From Phoronis australis (taxonomy: Eukaryota; Animalia; Phoronida), in assembly GCA_002633005.1 (NCBI GenBank), contig NMRA01000184.1, positions 251,255 to 315,254 on the forward strand: DNA of 64,000 nucleotides. Reading direction: 5' to 3'. Position numbers and translations under genes: made by a program. Shown here piece after piece: positions 1 through 11,760 of this stretch. Every line of letters begins with the position of its first letter. Within the stretch, counting starts at the first letter, position 1. The notes under the pieces were generated by a model, which did not search any database, had not been told where the DNA came from, and was given only the letters and a program-made list of their open reading frames with translations.

Positions 1-1944
1 CTAGTCAAATGGTTCCAGCTTGTATAAAACTTCTTCCAATGAACATGCTGTTAAAACAAGCTACTTTTTCAGCTTAAAAGTTGACTTGGTTGAACAAAAA
101 AAAAACAGAACAAATACATTAAAAGTTTTCTAATTTGAATATGTCCAAAAGGTTACAAATTCAAAATGCAAAAACACTGATTAAAGAAAAGACGTAACTT
201 TGTCAGAAACGATGGGACAAACTATGTACACCAAATACACAGAATACAGGGAAAATACTACTGGTTAGTTCTTTCCAGAAGATGGAAAAGCACAACACAA
301 AGTAAGAGAGCACTAACCATTTACCAACACATAAGCCAACACAGACAATACACCGCCCCCTGGGGTCGAACACAGTAACTACACACTAACATAGCTGAGT
401 TGGATCAGCTGGTCAAGAGGTCATGATGATGGTTCTTCACAATATCACAATTTTTAACATGAGAAAGTACTTCTCAATAGTTCTATGCCTTGTGTTATTA
501 CAAACAGCCCAATTTAAAATGTAACTAACTATGGATTCTACTGAAGTTTCGAAAGCAGTGAAAAAACAGTATTGAGCAAGAAATGACAGATATTAACTTA
601 CAAAATTCACATATCACTTTAAAAAAATCACACAACATAAGAAATTTGCATCTGAACAAAAAGTAAATAATTAGAAGTGCACTGAAAATATTCATCGTTG
701 AAGACTTTCCGAAAACGAAACCCAGTACAATTCTAGAAACATTCAGTCCTCACTATCTTATAAGACATTCAATGAACTTCCAACCTCTTCATGGCTAATA
801 GGTCAAACCAGTCATTGAAAGGTGTTTATTTTTAACTTTACCAGAATTCATGTTGACATTTGTGCAACTTGACAATGAAATCAAAAAACTTTTTAATTTC
901 AAAATAAACTCAGCTAATGAATCAACTACTGTCCACATCCTTCAAATCAAACCAATACGAAACTGAGTCACCATGCAAAACTGTAGTCATTTATCATGGT
1001 CATGTCAAACAGTTGATAACGTTCCTATCAGAAAAATCACCAAACACAATATTTATTAGTTCCCTTTTACCAAATTTCTCCAAGTTATACACCAATGACT
1101 TAACTTCATTTCAAACTTATTTGCCTCTTTTTCCCCACCAGTTATTCACAAGGCCACATTTCCTATCTAACCTACCAACATAATGGTTTATTTATAAGAC
1201 CTAGACTTCATTATCATAAAAGTAGTCCCGGCAGGCAAGCTGTGTATGCCAGTTCCTGAGCGCACAAAGGCCAGTGTAAATCGATGTATGTACAGAGCCT
1301 GGCTCACAGCTCTTCACACAAATACCAATTTGAATTCTACCGCTGAATGATGTTTTTAAAGACATCTATAGTTTAAAGCTAATCACTCATTGGGCAATTG
1401 CTGGAGGTTACACATCAGAGGACTTCCTGATTAAGCCAGACTATAAAATGGTCATGGCTTCAAATAGAAATGGCTAACCAGTGAAATTTTAAAGGGGTCA
1501 GAGACAAAGAATTGAACACACAAACACATAGGTTAATTAACCAGTGCCAGTGAATTATCATAGGTGAACCAAATTTAAGGGGGCTAGGTTTTTGGAATTA
1601 AGTCGGCTGCTAATGCCACCTAGGACTGGCTGGAACATAACATCCTACACAGGAACTGGAAGACTGGACAATAATATAAAAACACAACACACTAAACAAC
1701 AGGCTATTTTCAGTTGCATGTTTTTTGATACCCAACAGATTTAAACACTGCTCAATCACCACACATCGAATGAATCAGCGCACCGGCGTGTTTTTCACGT
1801 CAACACGAAAACAACTCAAAACCAGAAACGGAACTACAAACACGAAATAGCAAAACAGCCAATATCGCAGAGGTTATAGAAAATTACAAACAAAACCATA
1901 ATCTTGAGTTATTAAATAAAAAAGCAGCATAGGTGCAAACTTAC

Positions 1945-2004
1945 AGGTAAGTCAGGATTTTCATAAGATGGGGGTGCCACAAGCTGGCCTCGACTAGAAT
2001 AGCC
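1945..2004 (-). CDS. ARID1: ARID1-like coding exon 4 (small); gene continues beyond window start
   Basis: tttctgtttggcgtag|GGC acceptor, CCT|GTAAG donor, 60 nt, phase 0: GYSSRGQLVAPPSYENPDLP. Confidence 0.55.
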
Positions 2005-2285
2005 CTACGCCAAACAGAAAAGATTAACGTGAATTCTTGTGTTTCTCAATATCATTAGGTGCTGTTTACAATGAAGATAGATTTTACCAAATCTGAAGAG
2101 TCTCAAGAGCATATACTAAAAGGTATTTTACACAAACTGTTCACTGAACCACGAAAGTGAATGAGATAAATGAACTAATAACCAGTAGTCATATATCTCA
2201 TTTGTACCATTATACCAATGCATTTCACCGTTAAAGTAAAGGTTTGGTGGCGTTGCCAAGAGGTGGTACTGCGAAAGCAGCTTAC

Positions 2286-2360
2286 CTGGGCATTTATAGA
2301 CGCCAGCGGTGGATAGCCGTGTGACTGGCTATAGGGAACCGCTGGATTATAGTGGCTCAT
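2286..2360 (-). CDS. ARID1: ARID1-like coding exon 3
   Basis: tttcag|ATG acceptor, CAG|GTAAG donor, 75 nt, phase 0: MSHYNPAVPYSQSHGYPPLASINAQ. Confidence 0.7.
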
Positions 2361-2812
2361 CTGAAACCAACAACCTCAGGTTAACAGATCAGCTGATTCA
2401 CTCATTCCTGAGAAAGGGAATAGTAAAATTTAATTTCCATTTTGGGGTGGGAAATAGTCTCCTTATAAGTGAGTAAATATCAACAGCGCTTTTAGTGGGA
2501 TGAACAGAGCTACAGAGTGAAGCCGTCAGTTGAAGCCTTGCCAATATGTGATGGAAGCCACCGATACTTCATATTAGCGGAAAGTGATGTGTACAAGTAC
2601 TTCTAACAGCTTGCAATTGCAAGAAAGTTCCATTGTCCAGCTACCTTGGCAAGACTCAACTACAGTATGTCTACAACAGGAGAACTGAGGAGGTTAATGA
2701 CAGGTTCATCATGCAAGACACAAGGACACGTGTTAACGACCTAGCACCTCTGCCAAGTGGCATGCGACATGTCTACACCATGTGATGACAACAACAATGA
2801 CGGAAAGCTCAC

Positions 2813-3016
2813 CTGTTGGTTATAACTTGGCTGCATCCCAGCCATTCCCATTTGTCGCATGGGTGATGGCTGACCACTGAAACGTTGTGAGGGCGGGGCC
2901 TGGGGATGTTGAGGGAACTGACCCCCGTAGGCACCCTGAGGGTAGCTTGGGGGTCGACGCTGCTGCTGCTGCTGCTGCTGCTGTGGTGGCTGGTTTGGGT
3001 CAAACATGGGACCAGA
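2813..3016 (-). CDS. ARID1: ARID1-like coding exon 2 (polyQ, P/Q/Y-rich)
   Basis: ttttcag|TCT acceptor, CAG|GTGAGC donor, 204 nt, phase 0/0: SGPMFDPNQPPQQQQQQQQRRPPSYPQ...YNQQ. Confidence 0.8.
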
Positions 3017-5155
3017 CTGAAAATGAAAAAAAAGAACGCTCAAATGTGCATGGTATACAGAGAGCATCCGCACAGGAGCAGGTGATTGCCGATATGATCA
3101 CAGAAGTGAGCGTGGATGTCGGATCACCTGAACAAGAGCTTAAGGACAGCCTATATAGTAATAAGACACCTGGAGCGTTGATGGTAAGCAGTAAATGGCC
3201 ATGGGGTTAATGGCCTCTTATTGGAAGCAGTTGGTGCAGACCTAATCACTGAGCAACACTTACATGGGATTAGTTAAACAGGAGGGTTCACCTTAGGTCA
3301 CTCAGGGAGAATCAATGTACTGTTATGTCAACAGAGTGATGTAACAGATAAACACAAACCACTGTCTGTCTCAGGGTTGAGCACCAGGCACAAGAACCAC
3401 TGAACAAAAGACAGATACTATGTCTGGTCTAAACAATCTAGCCTCAGGTCAACCTCAACAGTTCATTCATAAAAATATTTTGAGGTTCAGGCAAATATGA
3501 GTGGTTCGCTTAGCTACCTAATTGGCTAGATCATCCAATCACAGACCAGTTTCACCACAAACATAAAAAGCACTTTGCACACAGTGCTACTTATTTTAAT
3601 GCCCTGCATCATAGCTGACTATTTTATCACTTTATCAGTATGTGTCTAATGCCACTGCAGAGGTGCCCAGCCCCTCAAAGCACATGGCTAATCAGCATAT
3701 TAATGACTGCACTATGTACACAAACTGGGAACACTATCAATTTCTACACCTTCTTACTACAATGTAAACAGACCTGGCTCAAACATAAACATTGGCCACA
3801 CCAAACAACAACATAAATCTGCTCTGGGCTCTTGTTTGCCAATAAAAATGCAAAAGGTCCATGCATAACTGCAAAAAATATACTTTTGTTAATTTGAAGA
3901 GATGTCTATGGTTCGAGTACAATTCTTTCAGCCAGAAATGCTCTCTGTAGCACGACTGTGAATTGACATCAACAGTGTGTTATTCATCCATCCAGAATCA
4001 GTGTTATGTGTACGATCTTACAGGTGTTTGAATATGCAACACTATGAATAAATATGGAAACCTGTTTTCTTAACGGTGTCCATATCAGACTTCAGAGTCA
4101 AGACACCATGGTTAAACAGCTATAAAGCCGCCTTCTGCATGAAATACTGTTTACCCTGATATCAATTAAAATGTAATGAAACAGATCTCAAACTGTTCCC
4201 AAGTCAAAATACATGTGATTTCTAGGCTGGGTAAGAATGGACAATTCGTCATGGTTTACTTCTGATTAGGCTCTTCTAAGGTGTTACGGCGTCTCATTCA
4301 ATTTGCCCAATTTGCCGGGCATAGCTTTGAAAAACGACCGAATATCATTCTTCACAAAAGTAAGAATCACTTGTCGTCTGACGAAGGAACAGGTTGAGAC
4401 CTAATTTATGCCAGCAATAGTGGTCTATATAAAAAGTTGCTTTATTTTCTCAAAGTAACATGGGTTCCAGTTAAAATAACAAAATAGTAAAAATGAAACA
4501 GTAGTGACATCTGTTGAGAAATTGATTGTTCAAACCCTTTCCGATAAATGGCAGGAATGTTTTTATTATGCACATGAATTTATAAAGTATGTTGCTTGAA
4601 ATTAAATAAAAATTAACTACGCCTACCCCCGAAATCTTGCAAGTTGCAAATCCAATAGCTTTAGTACAAGGCTTCTCAACAAAACAGCATAACAGAGTTC
4701 ATGATTAATTGATGTATTGATGACCAGCACCAACCAATCAACACCAAGCGCTGATATAATCAACCAGCTGTTATTAAACCTCTTCATTTTGCCTCCAAAT
4801 TTAAAAGATCATTTGTAGGCTAATCCATACTGAGTGGCCATGTGCTCCCATTAGCATTGCTGTTTTCAAGCAATAAGAGAATTTCTTGAAGTTTTCTTTC
4901 AAAGCAAATGGAATTTTACTTATACTCTTCAGGAAAATGAAAATGTGATACCTTGCAAATAAACAGCAAAGGATTACATTATATTATGAAAACAGACATC
5001 AATTTTCAATAAAGCTTACTTTTTCTAAAAAGTCATTAATCAAATCTCCAGCAGGCAATTGATTAAAATAAAAAACGAAAAATGCCTGGTCCCAAATGAA
5101 ATCGTAAACACAAAAGTGAATGCACTTTTCTAACCTTAAATAATTAAAAGTATAC

Positions 5156-5908
5156 CTGGTTTCTGTAGGCTTGATTTCCACCCATCTGGTGTTGCAGATA
5201 GCCTCTAGGCCCTCCCCAATTTTGGGACTGCGGGAACTGTGAATTCATGCCCATGTCATTCATCTGTTTTAGAGGAGGCACACCATATTCAGCATAACTG
5301 TTAGGAAATCGTTGACTATTGGGCTGCTGCAACAGTTGATTCAAGGTTGGCGTCGGTCCACCTTGTTGCGATATACTTTGTCCTGAAATTCCAGGGAAAC
5401 GCATTGCTGGATTAAATGACTGCGGCATACCAGGGCCAATCATGCGACCACCAGGTCCACTTTGTTTCGGGGGTTGTGGGTATGCAGGTCGCATACTCTG
5501 TTGGTTATACTGTGCATATTGGTTGCCCTGTTGAGGAAAATCATTGCTTCCAGGACCGGCCACCAAAGCACGAGTGTCACCTATGTAACTTCCTGTATTG
5601 CCTTGAAAAGCATTGTTCTGAAACCCAGGAGGTTGTATTGGGCTAGCATTCATGTTGACAGCCACTTTGCCAAAGCCAGGCTCCATACCAGGATCTCCTG
5701 GACCTTGATTGAAGTTATTCAAATCAGAAGGAGGATTCATAAGTGGTCCATCCAACGGTGGAGGAAAATCAGCTTGCTGCTGTGATACGTTCTGTCCTCC
5801 ATCTTGAAAGTTATCCATTGTGTTCACATCAGAGGACTGTTTGGGCTGTTTCAAAGACTTCGGCAACGAACTATTGTCTTCAATCACCTCGGACTTTACA
5901 TCTGCCAT
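5156..5908 (-). CDS. ARID1: ARID1/osa (BAF250)-like SWI/SNF subunit, first coding exon
   Basis: ATG at 5908; P/Q/G-rich sequence with GPTPTLNQLL, the LxxLL segment conserved in ARID1A/B; CAG|GTATAC donor at 5156/5155. The ARID domain lies outside the window, so identity rests on this motif. Confidence 0.8.
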
Positions 5909-6699
5909 TGTAGGCTACACAGACTCTGTCAAAATGTAACCCCTTCCCTTGTCTTGTCGTCAATTCAGTCTGCTCTTTTTGTTCACAATGAGTTGAGTGA
6001 CAAGTTGAGCCGACATAATGAGACGCACACACCCAGAGAGAAAAACGACATCACATGTCCTTCATAACGACCCAATCCATCTTTGAAGGAGTTCAGATCC
6101 TTCCTATGTAAACCGAATAATTTCTACTCACGTGTTTTTTAACTCGTTTGGCTCGAGATGGGCTAAAACTTAGACTAATGGCAGCGTGGTCTTATCATAC
6201 ACAGCGCTATTATATGGAACACATCAATAGCGGGAACATGAGAGGATTATTACCAAAGGATCAGTACGCAGTAAATGTAAAAATGGTTGGCTCAAATTGT
6301 ACTTTTTATTTAGACACCAGATTCTGATTAACAATAACCTCTGGCCTCATTCCAATACTCTATTGACTGTATCGGATATTCATGTCTAATTAACACAAAA
6401 ATAAACATAAGAATTACTTTTCGTCCCTGAGTAATTTGGCGCAATGATTTAACTTTAGGTTTGTGCGGCGTCTGAGGCATTCTTTTCAATTCTGGCTTTT
6501 CAATTAGCCGTTCATATATCCTCCCTCTGGTGAAAAATAAGTTTGCAATAAAAACTGGCTCAAAAATGAACAAGGTACGACTTCAATATTTTTAAATTAT
6601 TTGTATATAACAATAACGATGAAATGTGAAGTTCTGGTTATAAATATTTTCGCATAATTAATATAAAAACTGTTGATCTTTTGCAGGTGGCAAAAATCT

Positions 6700-7031
6700 A
6701 CCAGCCGCCGTGAGCCCAAAGCTCCATGTACTGACGTCATGTGCTAGGCCAACTTGGTATTATCGAACAGGCAATTGTGTTTATTCATTTTTCGCATATG
6801 ACCAGCTGGCTAAGATAAGAGGCGGGCTTTGGTCGTTTGAATTTCCGATTTCGCGAAGGCCAGTGTGCAAAGAAATTTCACATAATGGGAAAAGTAGACA
6901 ATATATGACATTTTAGTGTAAATAAGACCACTTTTCGCACTAAAATTTCATATTACTAGCTGTTCCCGTTATAAGACGTATTCCCTCTGATGGAAACGCA
7001 ATTTTGTGATAATGACCACCAGATGGCAGCA
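6700..7031. promoter_or_regulatory. Probable ARID1 upstream regulatory region (CRE, GC box, CTCF-like site)
   Basis: CpG-richer patch with TGACGTCA at 6732-6739, GGCGGG near 6821 and CCACCAGATGGCAGCA at 7016-7031. Confidence 0.4.
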
Positions 7032-7402
7032 CTGTATAGACTCAACGATAAAAACGTCGTTGGTTGCAATGCTTTTTCCAAGTTACATAAGGTATCAACA
7101 TAACGATCAAACCCTTTCCATTTAGGTCTCCAATAATCTTTTTAGTTTTAGAAGAATTGTTTTATGTAAATTTTATCAGAGATGACGTCAATAAAAGCAA
7201 TAACTGAAGACTCTACAGAACTTTGAATTTTCTGTTGTATTTTATTTTTCTTCTCTAGTTACAGAAGTACTGTTCTAAGGTAAATTGTCTCAAAGATGGC
7301 TTTCATACAAGTGTTTCCCAAAGCCTTCATGTTAGCCTCCTATCCTTCATTCTGTAGTCAACTTGGTGGTGTTGTAATTAATCAGGGAGTGGCTCAAAAA
7401 AC

Positions 7403-7481
7403 TATCTATCTATCTATCTGCCTGTCGGTCTGTCTTCTGTCCGGCTGTCTGTCTATCTATCTGTCTGTCTATCTATCTATC
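7403..7481. repeat. (TATC)/(TGTC) compound microsatellite
   Basis: tatctatctatctatctgcctgtc...tatctatctatc. Confidence 0.85.
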
Positions 7482-8570
7482 TTATAACCCGAAATATCCA
7501 CCTTCAACCTGGGCTGCTCCTAACTGTGGACACGAACTTTGGCGCATAAGGGCGTAGGTCCATGCGCCTGGCACCGGAAGTAGGCCTATGCCGGGTCGAA
7601 GTGCCGTTTTCAGAGGTTACGTGCACTTTCTTTAGATAATTGTGGTTGGGAAACGCTTTACGACATCCATCAGTAATTCGCGAATGTTTCTTCATTCTTC
7701 ATTTACGTGAGTTTGTACTAAATTGAATACACGTCAACGTCTACCATTTGTAACGTATTAGGAAAGTTTCACTTAAAAATATTTTAGAATGTATTCCACA
7801 GTTCTGTTTCATTCAAATGTTTCACATGTAGGCGCATGCGCCTGAGCACATGCTTACATTTGCTAAGCTTGTAATTATTTATTGCAGACTGCATTGGTCT
7901 CTCGGTATTAGGAGCTCTTCAGGACCCTCCCGGGTCACCACAGGAATCTTAAGCAGCCGGTCGTGTTACCAAGTAGGGGACTGGTCCTACGTACGGTAAT
8001 ATACACATTCTAGCCAGCGTTTCAATCTACAGACACATGTTCTAAGTATTTCCCACACGGTGTGACTGCCAATGTAACAGCACTTCTAATTGACGATTAA
8101 TACGCGACTTTCATTTTGAAGCTCAATACAATAAATCAATCTTTTATTTTGACCTTTTTGTATACTTGCTGTAATAATAACTTTTTTAAATGAACAAGAC
8201 TCAATAATTTGTCATGCTGCTCTGTGATACGGCAAAAGAGTAACAAAAATAACAAAGTCAAAATCCAGTCACCTCAGTAACATAATTTGCGTTTTCCAAA
8301 CTAGACTTTTTCATGAAGCATAGTAAAGAAAACTGGCTCAAAATATTTAGCATGCGCCTTTGTCATTACAAAATAACAATGTGTAATGTGTACCACATCA
8401 GGACAGCAAGATGCCCCAGTATTACACGAAGAACAGTCTTAATATCTCGGTGTTATAGTGAACTGTGTGTAATGCGAATAAATTATGCACGTAAATAGTT
8501 TCAACTTTCGTCCGTGTTTTACACGCCCTAAATATTCAAATAACGAGGGTACTAAGGGTCGTCCTAATAA

Positions 8571-9410
8571 AGGCGGTATAACATCGGAATGAAAATTTTT
8601 TCGTGTATTCCGTGATATTCGAAGTGCGTTTTAAAAATTCCGACTGATTTCTCAGTGCGTTCCACATTCCGACTGATTTCTCAGTGCGTTCCACACATCC
8701 GTGTCAATCATGATTGTTGTGGCGGCGCGCACGAGTGTTTTTCTCATGCTCAAAACAATGAATGCGCACTCACAGAGGAGAAATATCAAACAGCGTTCGC
8801 AGGATATTCTAACACGTTATCCGAAACACTCTGATTGCGTTCCAAGGTAAAATCGAATGCAACACAGCTGAACAAATCCTGCCAGAATATGCCGAACGTG
8901 CCTCGGATATGAGCGGCAATGCAGCTCGAGGTCTAGCACTTACATTTCTCTATTGTTTGAGGTAGCAATAAACTCGCATTCCATCCTAGAATCAAAATTT
9001 TGATTTAGACCAGTGACAGCTATAAAATTGGTCTTATCTTGTTCTGTACTCGGATGAGAAGTGACATGTCGTGACAAACCAAATTGTAGAGACTGGTCTT
9101 GATCAAACTGCGAATTCTCTTTTCTTGGAGTAGGTGGCAGCTTCCAACGAGATTTTGGGTGGCATTCGGGCGGCAATCAAAGAGCACTTGTACTTCGGTC
9201 GAAATGCATTCTGTGTCCCGACAACATTTGAAATGCATTCGAAATGTCATACTCACACAATGTTCAAATATCGTCCAAGGTGGACTTGAAGTACTTTCTA
9301 AGAATTCAAACAGTTTAAAGTTCCTACACGAATATGACACCAATTTTCATTCCGGCTGATTATGTTTGATTCCTACTGATTCGAATTAGAGAAAACCCTC
9401 GGGTCCAACA
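8571..9410. mobile_element. Non-autonomous DNA transposon relic
   Basis: Inverted ends cggaatgaaaatt/aattttcattccg, internal 29-bp tandem duplication at ~8637-8694, flanking direct repeat cctaataaag. Confidence 0.4.
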
Positions 9411-9749
9411 CCTAATAAAGCAAAGAAATACAATGATGTGACTGTACACCGCAAACTCGTTCTCTGCAAAGAAATATGCATTTGATAAGTTCCACGACAA
9501 ATTATGCTGGATTCCACATAGCTATATTAGAAAACATATTTTTCACTGCCGTTGTTAAATAATAAAGCAATTACAGTTCTACCGAAAGCTACAAAAATCA
9601 AGCAAACAAATCTGCTTTTGTGATCAGCCCAGACACAAACAGGCCTAATAGGTGTTGTCAAGGCCTTTCTTTGTTTTAATTCTGTCGGAATTAAGACGAT
9701 TTTTTAAAATTTATCATTCTTGATTGGGATCCATATTTTGCCCCTTGTC

Positions 9750-10930
9750 AGCCAATAGTAGCTGAACTTAATTGGTATGAAGAGAAACAGTTGATCACCA
9801 TAATCTTTCAGTAGCATTTTTATTGTTCTTTTTCTCCTTACAGATTTTGTAAAAAATTAGCCATTCTGTTGCGGGTGTTATGTCGTCGCTGTCTTTAGTT
9901 CCTTTGACACTACTCTCAAACATTATTCTTATCTAATTAGGCCTACCGCCTTTGTAGAAGAAATTGTAACAAAAACTTTTCATTTTTCAACAAAATTTCG
10001 CATATGCGGTTTAAATTCTATTCAAGGAATACTAAACCTCTTTTTGGTGGTTTCAACCAATCTTCGTGCAGTTCCTCACTTTTGTGGGTAACGAGGGTTA
10101 CAGAAAATTGTTTTGTTTTAGAGAGCTGAATGGAACAGTCATTGTTAATATCTATTAATTGGTCAAAAACCAGGGTAGAGTTTAGTAACGCTAGGTCTCA
10201 CACTAGGACCTCGCTAAAATCTAGCTAAAATCACGTTTCTCATTTAAAATACACGGCAATATCTCACGTAATCTAGCGAAGTCTTGCTTTTTAGCGAGGT
10301 CCTAGCGTTACTCAATTCTACCCCGTTTGCATTTCGCCCTGTTATACCTGGTTAAAAACAGGAAAATGTAATTCGACCTTTTACTCTGGTAAGATCAGTC
10401 TCATAATATTCCTTACCGTGACAAGATTTTATTTCCGTTGCCAAAAAAAACCTCGAAACTACCAGCTACTGAAGAAAACGCTTCAGAGTTTATTCGGATT
10501 GCCCAACCCTGAAGTTGCGACTTAGGGTGCTTATACGCATTGCCTCTAACTTGAGTTGCCGGCTCATTCATTTAACAACAAGTCAAGATCGGCTGAGGCT
10601 GGTAATGTTGTTACCCTGCAAAGTTCCACGGTTAAGAATTCAACATTGACAGCTTCAAACGGACGAAATTCAGCTTCACTTTTTAGGCTTGTTGGTTTGA
10701 AAAGACTGCAGTATAGGCGACTGTTTATTAAAGTTCGATGCAATAAACAAGTCGTTTCTACTGAAAATTTTCTTAAATAAGCATGGTATATGATCTGAAA
10801 ATTGAAATTTGGAGTCCTAAAGTCAAATCTAAAACTGTAGAAGTTGTACTGTTTCACTAGGGTCCACTGAGAATGGGCAAAGGGTGCGCAACGTAGAGAG
10901 ACACCTTGAACAATAATGTTCATATTACTC
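9750..10930 (-). pseudogene. Decayed LRR (possibly TLR) gene relic
   Basis: Broken frames give LRR-like TVLDLT, DLDLLLNE, TQVRGNAY, IRINSEAFSSVAGSFEVFFGNGNKI, then weak TIR-like pieces (EDWL..LE, H.RNF, EW); many stops and frameshifts; MITE inserted at 10171-10325. Confidence 0.35.
10171..10325. mobile_element. MITE (palindromic, PIF/Harbinger-like), copy 1
   Basis: gggtagagtttagtaacgctagg ... cctagcgttactcaattctaccc TIRs; second copy at ~11359-11498. Confidence 0.7.
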
Positions 10931-11037
10931 CCAGGTCACAACAAGTTAAAATGTGCACCAGTGAGTGTACAAAAAATACCCTGGCTGTTTCCATGCCTAA
11001 ACGCTAAATGTCGCTACATCTACTATTGGCCACTTTC

Positions 11038-11760
11038 TGGTTCTATGGGTGTACGCTAGGGGGTAAAGAACACTCGGGAAATTTTTTTACGCCGGCGTTT
11101 TTTATTGTCCAATTCTCATCAGCTGGTGCTTTACGTAAACAAACTGGCATGACTGATGGAGGAAGTGTAAATGTGAATATAGTTTTTGTGGTCTGTTGTA
11201 CAGACAAATCGGTGCTTAATTCATATTCAAGAATTGTGAATCGGAAAGTTGGGGCTGTGCCTATTCAGAGAGCATTTGTCCACTGTCGCTGACTTTCGTT
11301 TACGTTGCTGTCCCGTTGTACTCACACAGTGTGAATAACACACCGGTTAAATGACCAGGCGTGCTTTCAGTAGACGCTAGGACCTACGCTAAAACCTAGT
11401 CAAAATCACGTGTTTTCATTTAAAATGCACGGCAATATCTCACGTAATCTCGCGAAGTCTTACTTTTTAGCGAGGTCCTAGCGTTACTGAACGGGAGGCA
11501 GATGTGTATGCATTGTAGCTTCGAGCACGCGGCTACTAAACATTACTGCAGAAACGAACTATTTGCTGTCACGCCGCTTGCATGACAAAGCTAAAAATCG
11601 TTCACAGTTAGCTTTTTTATCTTTTTCGTAAACCTAACCAATGACTGTCGAGGTTACATCAACCAGTGACAAAACGCGTGCTACTGAATGATACCAACCT
11701 ACGGTCTCTGATGATACCTGCTTGTTCTCTACCCCCTAGCGGACAAGTGGGGAACTAGGC
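11038..11760. mobile_element. MITE family copy with a nested MITE at ~11359-11498
   Basis: TIRs gctagggggtaaagaaca / tgttctctaccccctagc; interior matches 18670-19015 in reverse orientation. Confidence 0.6.
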
